Shown here in pieces: positions 20,001 through 27,548 of a stretch of 59,828 nucleotides of DNA. Below the pieces are notes generated by a model. It worked only from the letters and a program-made list of their open reading frames with translations. It was not told where the DNA came from and made no database searches. Position 1 is the stretch's first letter; each line of letters starts with the position of its first letter. The stretch spans positions 1 to 59,828 of IMG/VR virus record IMGVR_UViG_3300037558_000788; one strand, written 5' to 3'. This DNA comes from a virus. Lineage: Duplodnaviria; Caudoviricetes. The position numbers and the translations under genes are program-made.

Positions 20001-23000
20001 CGAGTTCGGAGTGCGCCATCAAGGGCGACCATAGTATTTAATGCTTCAGTCGAGTCTATAGTATCTCCCGTAATCTCAGCAAACAATGACTGGAACTCTT
20101 CAACGGCGGGTTTGTTTATTTGACTGACTCCTCTAGGACGACCAGCAAATCGTGAAACGATAAGGGCGTTTCTAAGATCAATACCTCTGGAAGATCCAGA
20201 CTCTAATCCCGATACAAAACTATTAACTGACTTACGGACCCGACCGTTACTGGAAACCATCCATGACGACATGACCCCAAAAAGATCTTTGGGGCTGAGG
20301 CTTTTGACGACTTCCGCCACCTCGTTTGAACCATCAAACACATTGTTCAAAACGAACTCATCAACAGATCGACGTAGGGTCTGGTCTTTATTGATAGCAT
20401 CGATAGCATTATCAATAGAACTAGACATTACGTTAGCGATCACTTCAGGCTCTGCAAGTGTGCCGTCTGGCTCTCTCCCAAAATTACTGAAGTAATCATC
20501 AGACCTTCTGGAATCGGTATCGAGGTCTCCGTCTTGTGGTAATGTCAATGCAGCTACGTCTCTATACTTTCGGGATACGTAGTCTTTTTGAGCCTTAAAG
20601 TTATCCGCAGCTTTAGATAAAACCGATGTAAATGTTGGAGGCGCAGTCCCACTCAGTGCGGGGTTGTTCTCAACATTCTGCTCTATGAACACTTCAAGAA
20701 TCTTGCTGCTGCTGTATTCTCCTGCCTTGTCAATAGTGACTAAGGGTAGGAGTCGGCTAGCGGCTGCATCTACTTTGAGATCCATCCGGTTTAGAAGTTT
20801 ACCAACTTTATCGGTAGGGTCTTGAAGAATGTCCTGCTTCAACTCAAACATTCTTGCGTTGAATATAAATTGCCGGCGAGCAGCGTCCATAGCTTGTTTC
20901 TGAGCATCCGAGTCGGAAGGGTCGGTGAGAGGCTCCATACGAGAATGAGCTTCGACGTTTCTCTCCTCCCCAGTCTTATCCAATTCCTTACTAAATGAGG
21001 TTATGAATCTTTTGATTTCTGTTACGCTACTGAAGTCTTCCTCCGTAGTTGCGCCGTTCTCAATGTCAAACTTCTTAACTCCAGTAGGGAGATCAACTGC
21101 TTTAAATGGGATACTACCCAGTATAGTAGTCTTTGCGTTATTGTAGTAATACTTAGGTGGGGCTTCAACAGGAGTAACTTTAGATTCAAGAGCTGCTCCG
21201 TCCGCCGTAAGCCCTACGACATCCTTCACATAATTATTCTCATCGAGAAGAATCGAAGGGTTAACATTAGGAAATCCTTTTGGAACAAAGACAGGGACTT
21301 TGGCCCGAAGCATCTCAGCCACAACAACAGGATCGTTACCGAACTGACCGATGCCATACTCATCAACAAACCCAGTAACTTTACCAGTCTCGGTCTTTCC
21401 TGTCTGTGGGTTGAAGTGTGTTCGCACGGACACACTCTCAAAGCTTGACCCTGACACAGGTTTCTTTACTGCAACCGTAGGGTAAATTGTGTATACTGAA
21501 GAAGCGACGTAATCACTAAGAGCAAGTGGGTCAACATCTTCAGGAATCGGGATACCGTGCGTGTCAGAAGTAGTTAAATTAACTGGGTAACCTAGACTCG
21601 CTGATTCAACAACCTTCTTCTGGACAAAGGGGGCTAGATCTTCTTTTACAGGAACGTCGTCAAACTCAAGTGTGTTACTAGACTTTCGCCTAGCGTAACT
21701 CTTGGAGCTTGTGAAATCACCACTTCGGTAATCCGCGTTGTGGGTCGTGACTTTCTGGCTTAGTGTCTCTAAAACATTCTCAGAGTTTGGTCCTACTTTT
21801 ACAGTAGCGAGAGTGCGTTGGAGGTCAGTGAAATCAATATCGACTCCCGCTTGAGCTTCTTTTCCTTGTTCTAATGACAGAGGGGAACCTTTGTCTGCAA
21901 CGACTCCAATGTGTTCTGTGTTAAGGACAGAAGCTTCTACGAATTGTGCTGAAAACTTTTTAGCTTTCTTATTCTTTACGTTACCAAATTGGAAGTTTAC
22001 TTCAGCTCTACTGACATCTGCGACTCTCTCTAAGAGAGTTGCACCTGCGGTAGTTTGCGATCCTGATACAGAATCTTGGGCTAAGTCTTCTGCTGATTCC
22101 AGCTTAATCTCGACTGGAGCTTTAGGTTGGGTCTTGTCTGTAAGTTCAGCTATCCTGTTATCTAGATCTGCCAGTAATGCTTGCTTGGTAGCAAGCTGTT
22201 CTTCATCTCTAACTTCAGCATTCTCTAATTCTTCTAGTGCTTGCGCCTCCGCAATCCTTTCTTGCTCCACTTCACTCAGCGCAGCTTGATCATTAAGTAT
22301 TGTTTGATCCTCTTCTGTTGTCTCTGTCGGTAAAGGAGGAGGTTGGATCTTGGTTCTTTTCCGCTCTCCAATCTGTCTTAGGACTTCATTGGCAGTTGTC
22401 GGACTCCCATTCTTTGTTAAGTTGTCTGCAACATCTTGGTAGAATTGACCTCTAAGACGTACGCTCTGGTCGGCTACGTCCATTGGGGTAACTTTGAGTT
22501 TTCTTGCAGCCGCTTGAACTGTTGGGACTCCCGCACCTAAGATACCACCAACCATAGCGGCGTGCATAGTCTGCTGCCACCTCTCAAGAATAGGTGTGTC
22601 TTTGTTAAGAGCTACATCTTCAACGAACGAGGATACAAGCTGGTCAAGACCTTCTTCTAGACCTTCGTCAACAGCGTTCTTTGCGATTTTACCGCTAGTG
22701 CGTAAGAACTGTGCGCTGTGCTTTTTAAGAGAATCTGCTAAGACAGTCTTCATTGCTCCTGACATAGCTTTATTAGTAATAGCTCCAGTGTTAGCAACAG
22801 CTTCTAAAACTTCTTTAGCTTCTTTGAAGCTCATACCTTTTAATAAGGCGTCTTCAACACCGCCCCTACCGATTGCACTAAACGCAGAGGTGATTAAACC
22901 AGTTACAGCACCCGTAGTCATAGCAAAACCTAAGGCTCTGTCGTGGATGTCTTCTTCGGGAAGGTCGGGGTTGCTTTCTTTAAGTTGGGTGTAAAGCGTC

Positions 23001-24940
23001 CCGTAACTCATGGCAGTAGAACGAGATGCTGCGGGGACAAATGTTCCTACAGCTAAACCCATTTTTCTCGCGACTACACTATTGTAAGCTTCCAAGGCTT
23101 CAATAGTCTTTTCTCTTGCCGCTGTTCCTGCTCCTGATTCTGCTACTTCTTTTATAAGATCCAGTTTAACAGCCCTGTCAGCTACCTTTTTTAAGGCTAC
23201 GTCACCAGTAGCTCTAAGCATATTACTGGTCATACCCTTAACCATACCCCTAGCGGTTAACTTAGCTCCTGACTTAGCAGTTAAGTATGCCACACCACCA
23301 GCTCCTGCGGTAGCTGTAGAAAGTAAAAAGGTAGCACCAATATCAACAATCATTGGGGCCACGGCTTCCATGACATCTTGTCCGACGCCGTACTCAGCAC
23401 CAAACATAGCGGCAACTTGCCGACGATTAGCTTGCTGCTTACTCATCTCAACAAGACCTTCCTTACCCCAATCAGAGCCAAATACTGTAGGGGCTAAATA
23501 AACTAGGCTTGATACGGCGTCCCATACAGAAGCGGCGATGCCTTTAGCTCTAGCAGCCACTTCGCTAAATACTTCTTCATTAGCGGTGAACTCTTTAAGA
23601 ATAGTGGCGTCTCCTTTACCTTCCTGACGGCCAGTCAAGAGAGCTTCGGACCACTCATCAGCGTAACTAGAATCTTCAAGAACTTTATTGTAATTACCGA
23701 ATTGATCAGCAAGAATCTCGTCCTGAGCCTCTACGAATCTTTTCTTAGTCTCTTCAGATAATTCAGGGTGAGCTGCTAAGGTCTTTGCAAAAAGCTCATC
23801 ATTAACAAAAACTGCGGGGTTGATTTGTGGCCCCAGCTTTGTGTTCCTCAAATTCTGCCCTGCTTCTGTTGCGTCTTGCCTGAGTGCGAATGAACCCCCA
23901 GCAAAACCGGAGCTTACCACTAAAGCTTCATAAGCGTCACGAACATCTGAAGGCTTATAATTAGCACCACTGTTGTTCAACTGCTCTGTGATATACTCAA
24001 CAGCCGAATCAAAACTACTATGGCTAGCCAACCACACTCTTTTTCGCCGAGCATCTACTTCATCGTCAGCAACTCCTATACCAGCTAACAGATCTGACAC
24101 ACCTTTACCTATTGACTTACTTACAGACTCTGCCGCTGAGTCATCTTCACGAGCTAGTTGACGTGCGTGTCCAGCGATATGCTCAGAAACAAAGGCATCA
24201 TCCTGAGATAACTCTTCAATACTCTTTGAGATCTCACTCAGTTTCTTGAACTGGTAAACAGACACACCAGTATCTGGAATAGGGCGAAGTTGAGATTCGA
24301 TTTCTGAAACATTCTCATACGAAACATCCCCAAGCTGTGAAGCCTTAACTGCTTTCGCAAGAGACATCTCACTGGCGGTATCACTAATCAAAAGCTTTTG
24401 ATTACCGTCTTCATCCATCACATAAGCAAAAGGAAGTTGATTTGTGTTAATGAGATCTTCTTTGGTCTCATTAAAACGCCTTTCGACAATCTCTTCAGCT
24501 TGAAACATCAAGGAAGCAACTTTCCCCTTATACTCTTCCGTTACGTCTTCTTGCTCTGAGATAACTTCCTCACCAGCCATGTAATCCAATATCACCTGAC
24601 GATCAGGATCATCACCTGAAAGACTAGAGAAGACGACGTTCATCTTACTCTGCGTATCAGCTCCTTTGGGAGCAAGAGTCTTCTCTATAGTATCCTCATC
24701 CATCCCCGAAATCGTGGACAGACCTTGACGCAGCCCCATCTGAATTTCGGCTTCAGACTTAGCGTCGTAGGAATCCCCTAAAGATCCACGCATAAAGTCC
24801 GCGTAGCTTAGAAAGCTTTGAGGATCGTCATCAGCTACATCGTTTTGAGTAGACCATTCAGAGAATGATTTAATTTGTTTCGGGGCTTCAGTCTCTTCAA
24901 AGAGACTCTTTTCAAATTCGGTAATAGGCAAATCAGGCAT
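14072..24940 (-). CDS. Giant internal virion/ejection protein (polyvalent-protein-like), 3622 aa
   Basis: Last and largest of three co-oriented helical ORFs; Gly/Ala-rich hydrophobic segments; two zincin-like motifs, LLEEYAHA and INEELAHT. Confidence 0.7.
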   Translation of the reverse strand: MPDLPITEFEKSLFEETEAPKQIKSFSEWSTQNDVADDDPQSFLSYADFMRGSLGDSYDAKSEAEIQMGLRQGLSTISGMDEDTIEKTLAPKGADTQSKMNVVFSSLSGDDPDRQVILDYMAGEEVISEQEDVTEEYKGKVASLMFQAEEIVERRFNETKEDLINTNQLPFAYVMDEDGNQKLLISDTASEMSLAKAVKASQLGDVSYENVSEIESQLRPIPDTGVSVYQFKKLSEISKSIEELSQDDAFVSEHIAGHARQLAREDDSAAESVSKSIGKGVSDLLAGIGVADDEVDARRKRVWLASHSSFDSAVEYITEQLNNSGANYKPSDVRDAYEALVVSSGFAGGSFALRQDATEAGQNLRNTKLGPQINPAVFVNDELFAKTLAAHPELSEETKKRFVEAQDEILADQFGNYNKVLEDSSYADEWSEALLTGRQEGKGDATILKEFTANEEVFSEVAARAKGIAASVWDAVSSLVYLAPTVFGSDWGKEGLVEMSKQQANRRQVAAMFGAEYGVGQDVMEAVAPMIVDIGATFLLSTATAGAGGVAYLTAKSGAKLTARGMVKGMTSNMLRATGDVALKKVADRAVKLDLIKEVAESGAGTAAREKTIEALEAYNSVVARKMGLAVGTFVPAASRSTAMSYGTLYTQLKESNPDLPEEDIHDRALGFAMTTGAVTGLITSAFSAIGRGGVEDALLKGMSFKEAKEVLEAVANTGAITNKAMSGAMKTVLADSLKKHSAQFLRTSGKIAKNAVDEGLEEGLDQLVSSFVEDVALNKDTPILERWQQTMHAAMVGGILGAGVPTVQAAARKLKVTPMDVADQSVRLRGQFYQDVADNLTKNGSPTTANEVLRQIGERKRTKIQPPPLPTETTEEDQTILNDQAALSEVEQERIAEAQALEELENAEVRDEEQLATKQALLADLDNRIAELTDKTQPKAPVEIKLESAEDLAQDSVSGSQTTAGATLLERVADVSRAEVNFQFGNVKNKKAKKFSAQFVEASVLNTEHIGVVADKGSPLSLEQGKEAQAGVDIDFTDLQRTLATVKVGPNSENVLETLSQKVTTHNADYRSGDFTSSKSYARRKSSNTLEFDDVPVKEDLAPFVQKKVVESASLGYPVNLTTSDTHGIPIPEDVDPLALSDYVASSVYTIYPTVAVKKPVSGSSFESVSVRTHFNPQTGKTETGKVTGFVDEYGIGQFGNDPVVVAEMLRAKVPVFVPKGFPNVNPSILLDENNYVKDVVGLTADGAALESKVTPVEAPPKYYYNNAKTTILGSIPFKAVDLPTGVKKFDIENGATTEEDFSSVTEIKRFITSFSKELDKTGEERNVEAHSRMEPLTDPSDSDAQKQAMDAARRQFIFNARMFELKQDILQDPTDKVGKLLNRMDLKVDAAASRLLPLVTIDKAGEYSSSKILEVFIEQNVENNPALSGTAPPTFTSVLSKAADNFKAQKDYVSRKYRDVAALTLPQDGDLDTDSRRSDDYFSNFGREPDGTLAEPEVIANVMSSSIDNAIDAINKDQTLRRSVDEFVLNNVFDGSNEVAEVVKSLSPKDLFGVMSSWMVSSNGRVRKSVNSFVSGLESGSSRGIDLRNALIVSRFAGRPRGVSQINKPAVEEFQSLFAEITGDTIDSTEALNTMVALDGALRTRLSVSLLSEAQRRGIAQANDVVIADLGLESGNSDSVVSALGKIAESDKNPNHKLFAKLLLEDQAFIKNVKFVVGQGDTNIAGKYVKSIHGDHIVFINKATGNGRGLVNTLLEEYAHAVVSDTIAETGRPLNTTQKAAKKRLVTLFNKVNEAYDRQVSATGKRNPVIQVGLVNLDEFVAHFFLSPDFQSYVKTLTGPRTKVFDRTLNSMVSMFRGVNTNELNQYVKSFKDVLDLGKNTRRSTTTNAKALGSSVVNDALFSAPVEEDVQVEEEAPIEVQPEAFPEDFFDRLSPDQQSDAQSVKDFIRSLIPPSIIIKTKIEGMGGSLAAVSKDESTIFINPIVLAAKVKNNSYLAARGIIGVSINEELAHTASFNGLTQAEVDAYVESLSDTDYLDILAEYTSNTKDESFAKEFHDGLKSEDPEVVLQTKRILAEEKLRMYLQKATRGYTTEEDTRFWKSNPSLLAILKRYFAAAIRRFAANRTQLGGAGGVALNKMINEMRAIQSGFVRQPNIKSFDVNNPDANFAFYASPEDKNIDDEILRAAPEGAIEHVYLREQEKFNQLREAGVIKVSQDIRQFAGLSVLLHQPDTAFAGEVTLDGDTIVTGKGGVYYPVQFSDQGYFWASTRSKAKEMEAALNQISAKNNGKILMALTSADVTKMFSSTTMAVGSINFFRKLTDNPRFYGLNKATLNKILVEAANEAEHTTNSGAVKKLSRRLKIKDGLDQNIRNLRELLGPDDSVFPVRKDFVSRLALGVSDTLSSPSKDKIKLMSEEDQKKEETKQIQAFRIASILAGSNDYVSKTLRDRKLSRPAILQGLGDMFTEPFIKTFQQLDRKTGNIYAVLEIDGEVEAVPAPEHESYPFTIVSKEKGVTPKINVLSKSYKWDEVSHDIDTDQPVPQSKLDSYFPPSSGVSNTSLKFVEPNEAAESNSLPLQFAAPSDPNPLQSDLNLNPVVDLLEMPMLEIGAKGPENRLLNWLNKLVAGEISEPYRRLIENRSFYRKAAEDNMTKFKRKMDRLIVETYGSYDNAPMDLIAKAQGYRSDSLVSEERLGLIDKAYDEKLDEIASRRSSGVITTDEAKAEREAAKEGKNNIIGKAYDEAVKIAEEERNKALRDLAAASPDLASFIIEIRQNHIIPIQKKLVEMGLNDDVSIKVSRTGEVYLTRAYRMFTDSNYLEMVKEDASYADVREAAMEFFEGQFISDTADKIKKDADENKKPMTYQEAKQLARRELDKLNLQNPHYSYGQQTLDAFLSQYDSKAKTKGQSPSGFKMMVDNFKKRSDLPKPIRDLLGEYGAETGTDLILRTYSTVANIAAQKSFLEQLKFYAGEKEGLLISAETKFATDESRKKYAGWESVRMGQTDGANDPMTDMYVHPEFKEALQQTLNNTYIQEYAGTSERLVNGAFTLASKLSGKAMAAKTLGSVGFYFRNALGNFIFGTSQGFFRYDQMFTSMGGASFKALFGKDGEIDPVVTEMIGLGVMGDELRAGVMRDLLNGKQNPDGIQKELEGLMEKSKLNKPKKVLAAIEKKAQDLSAALDAAYKAVYYQHELGYIERAAAQNPEGKFGQMSPMQRKREAARKVLMTAQSYSQAPPLITDITKSPLGLMFAPFLRFKAEMFRIPFNTYKLGLEEFRSGDPVMRQRGILRMSSMTFVLAGLSSAVPMIAAAMTGIGDDEHEDEAMRAGIPEYYRGHTFYYFTLGGKLTSFDATYLNPFAGTVDPILRSMEKIRAGEYSEAGAAFALGYVKDQFLDTQILAGTAINAANNTNQSTGKPIWNKGVDDPIDVAYKLFEFIAGEAYAPRIGKDFVKGLETQSLSGMMGELSKGVAPARFHEVDLQRQYERYLLDHNKRFANVKSELGQLRRNVPMTEETVRQIIDDNIEARRKMNYELMRITRGYNSLGIDSAKIGKTMKDLNVGKKRMQLLTYGYMDKPPTLNIIETLLKPQNKDYGIERAKQVVNYMQTQNRYIPVRPVTEPE

Positions 24941-24981
24941 AGCTGAAGAGGTTTGGGATGTAGTTGATGATAGTAGTTAGA

Positions 24982-26013
24982 TTATCGAGCAGAGTCAGGA
25001 ATAAATTTACTGGAAAGACTAGGTTTTTGTTCTGTTGCCCTAGATGCTAAAACAGGGTTGGCCATAGAAGAAGCTCTCCTTAAAACAGCACGGTATAGAT
25101 CTTTATCGGGGAAATTAGCTCGACTTAAAGAGCCGCTTGACTCAATCCGCATCCGATCTTGTGGTGGGAGTAGTTGTAAATAGCTCGTTTCTAACTGGGT
25201 GCGCTCTCTATCGCCGAATGTAAGTTCTTGAATACTAATCTTATCAGCAGAATTCATAGCTTCAATCCCTGCTGCTGACAAAGTTCCTCCGGCAGTCAAG
25301 TCACTAGCAACCTCAGCAGGAGACATGTCGATGACATTTTTAAGGATAGACTCAGCCTCACTTTGTTGAGCCTTTAGGTATTCTTTCTGCTGCTCAAATT
25401 GGAAATCAGAAAGCTCTTTTTGTGTTTTAGCAAAACCTTTTTGTTTAGCTGCTTTCGCTATTTCCAAAGATATTTCATCTGAAGAGGATATATACCCATC
25501 AAGATTAGCTAGCTGCGCTATTTTCTCAGGAGAAACTCCTGAGACTGCTGCTTGATAAATTTTACCTGCGTCACGTTCACGCATCTTACTCTGGTTATCA
25601 ATGGAGCGAGTAGCCGAATTAAATAAGTTGGTAACCAAAGGGGAGAATTGTGATACAGACGCATACTTTAGCTGTAACTGTGCTAAATCTCGCTGCTGTG
25701 AGAAATTATCTTTAGATGGGTCATTAGAAATATTCGATATGCTCTCGATTACGTCTGGAATCTTTTCTAGTGCCTCATTTTCACGACGCGCTGTTTTACG
25801 CGCTCTACGTAGCTGAAACTTCTGTTGTTTAAAAGCTAACTCTTGTTGCTGCAAAGCCATTGACTGCTGCTGCATCTTCATTGTCTGCATTTGCATAGGC
25901 ATCAAAACCTCTTGGCGATACTTCATAGCAGCATCAAAACTCCTTTCTCCAGCAAGCATAGGAAAATACTGCTGGCGGAGCGGTGCGATGTCTTGGTTGT
26001 AATCGATAGCCAT
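24982..26013 (-). CDS. Putative internal virion protein
   Basis: 343 aa, Gln-rich and helical; precedes the giant gene. Confidence 0.55.
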   Translation of the reverse strand: MAIDYNQDIAPLRQQYFPMLAGERSFDAAMKYRQEVLMPMQMQTMKMQQQSMALQQQELAFKQQKFQLRRARKTARRENEALEKIPDVIESISNISNDPSKDNFSQQRDLAQLQLKYASVSQFSPLVTNLFNSATRSIDNQSKMRERDAGKIYQAAVSGVSPEKIAQLANLDGYISSSDEISLEIAKAAKQKGFAKTQKELSDFQFEQQKEYLKAQQSEAESILKNVIDMSPAEVASDLTAGGTLSAAGIEAMNSADKISIQELTFGDRERTQLETSYLQLLPPQDRMRIESSGSLSRANFPDKDLYRAVLRRASSMANPVLASRATEQKPSLSSKFIPDSAR

Positions 26014-26031
26014 TTTAATCTTAAAGGTTTA

Positions 26032-27114
26032 TTATAGTTTCACTCTTTCAGGAAAGTTGGGGTTCGACCGTCGGTCTCCCTTCCTGTTAACACCAAACCG
26101 TTTTTTGTTTGGTGTTTTATCTAAAGGAGATTCATATTTCTCCACCATTTTTGGCTGTTGAATCGAGTCGTTTGATTTTGGCTTCCCCACCCCCATCGCG
26201 TCAAACATGTTTTTTGAACCAGCCATTAGTTTATCTTGTTTCTGAGCTTCTCGACTTGTTAAAATTTTCTGGAACATTCTCTGCCCGCGACCAGCAGGAG
26301 TATCAATAGCAGGTTCTCCCATACGGACCATCTCGCCAGCTAAACGCATACGAGCTGCTCCTTCTCTATCCCCATCACGAGCGAGGCTACGAGCGGCTCT
26401 ACGAAACTTACCACTAGCAGGCCCAATAGAACGAGAAGGTTTTAGAAGGGACGACCCACTACCTAATTCGTAGTTAGGGTCTTGCATAGCAGCTAAAGCA
26501 TCTAGTCCAGACCCAAACTCTTTTTTGAACATGACATTCTGAGTAGCTTCTTCTGGAGACGAAGCTAGATCTGTCGCAGGTTGGCCTGTCGCAGGTTGGC
26601 CTGTCGCAGGTTGGCCTGTCGCAGGTTGGCCTGTCGCAGGTTGGTCAAACAGCCCTGTCCCTTTTTTAGGTTTTTTAAAAGAGAACGTAGAACCACGCTC
26701 GCGGATACCTTCTTTCTCCATGAAAGAACTGAACTGATCTTCAGAAACTCCGGCCTTCGTTGCTCTTTGTCGTGCTTCTTTAAGGAGATCAGCGGTCAAA
26801 GCACCTCGTTTCGATAAGTCTCCGAGACCGGAAGCAATACCTCTGCGAGCAGCTAACTGGTCGTTAGCTTTTGGGGCGGGGCCAACCTCAGGTGTATCGG
26901 GCTTTGCGGACCCACCTGCTAAATCGTAGGTTTCAGGATCGACTGTAGAACCATAGCCAGCGGTAGTCCCAGCCATGTCTCTCATATCAGGTTCTATATC
27001 AGAGTCTGTTGCAGGTGTTTTAATACCTCTTTTAGCAAGACGTTCAGCCCTCTCAGAAGTTGGGTCTTTTCGTTGTTTTTCTTTAAGAAATTGAAAGTAA
27101 TCTTTTTTAGCCAT
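26032..27114 (-). CDS. Putative internal virion protein with (QPATG)x5
   Basis: Low-complexity Gly/Ala/Lys-rich ORF; start taken as MAKKDY. Confidence 0.55.
   Translation of the reverse strand: MAKKDYFQFLKEKQRKDPTSERAERLAKRGIKTPATDSDIEPDMRDMAGTTAGYGSTVDPETYDLAGGSAKPDTPEVGPAPKANDQLAARRGIASGLGDLSKRGALTADLLKEARQRATKAGVSEDQFSSFMEKEGIRERGSTFSFKKPKKGTGLFDQPATGQPATGQPATGQPATGQPATDLASSPEEATQNVMFKKEFGSGLDALAAMQDPNYELGSGSSLLKPSRSIGPASGKFRRAARSLARDGDREGAARMRLAGEMVRMGEPAIDTPAGRGQRMFQKILTSREAQKQDKLMAGSKNMFDAMGVGKPKSNDSIQQPKMVEKYESPLDKTPNKKRFGVNRKGDRRSNPNFPERVKL
26571..26644. repeat. 15-bp tandem repeat x5 encoding QPATG
   Basis: CTGTCGCAGGTTGGC units. Confidence 0.95.
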
Positions 27115-27116
27115 GA

Positions 27117-27410
27117 TCACCAAAGTTTTTTACACGCCCAATAGCGTGCTGTTGTTTTATCTTTTGCTGTTTTGCAATTGTGTCTGGCTCTGAAGTTTGC
27201 CCGACGCTTAGGGTTCTTGTGTTTTGTGAAATCACTGTAATCTCGGTGGCCGTAGCCGACCTTTTTAATTTTATCGCCTTCTTTACCTAATACGACGAAT
27301 TTCTTCTTCGATCCTTTAGGGGCGCGTTTAGGCTTATTAAAGCCAGCGAACGTCTCGCCGTGGTATTGGATACGGCCAGATGGGAGCCGCTTGAATCTTT
27401 TATTCGCCAC
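27117..27410 (-). CDS. DUF5754-like small basic protein
   Basis: KKVGYG..DYSDFTKHKNPKRRANFRARH...ARYWA motif; GTG start 7 nt after the -10 box. Confidence 0.7.
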   Translation of the reverse strand: MANKRFKRLPSGRIQYHGETFAGFNKPKRAPKGSKKKFVVLGKEGDKIKKVGYGHRDYSDFTKHKNPKRRANFRARHNCKTAKDKTTARYWACKKLW

Positions 27411-27417
27411 GCGGCAT

Positions 27418-27446
27418 AATCTACCAGAATACAACGAAACTGTCAA
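27418..27446 (-). promoter_or_regulatory. Sigma70-like promoter for the internal-protein operon, leaderless geometry
   Basis: TTGACA-17 nt-TAGATT with an extended -10 TG. Confidence 0.7.
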
Positions 27447-27472
27447 CGGAAGGGAATTTCGGATATGCGACT

Positions 27473-27548
27473 AAAAAACTTTTATCCTAGACCTTTAGTA
27501 CTATATAAAATATTATATAGTACTAAGAGCCGGAGAGAAAAGTTTTTT
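27473..27548. repeat. 76-bp self-palindromic element, copy B; inverted relative to 9428-9503
   Basis: Reverse complement matches copy A at 74/76 positions. Confidence 0.95.

Noticed and set aside
14072-24940. N4-like virion RNA polymerase
   Set aside because: Size is similar, but I could not identify polymerase catalytic motifs; left unassigned.
9428-27548. Transposon terminal inverted repeats
   Set aside because: No transposase was recognised, and the enclosed block contains core phage genes.
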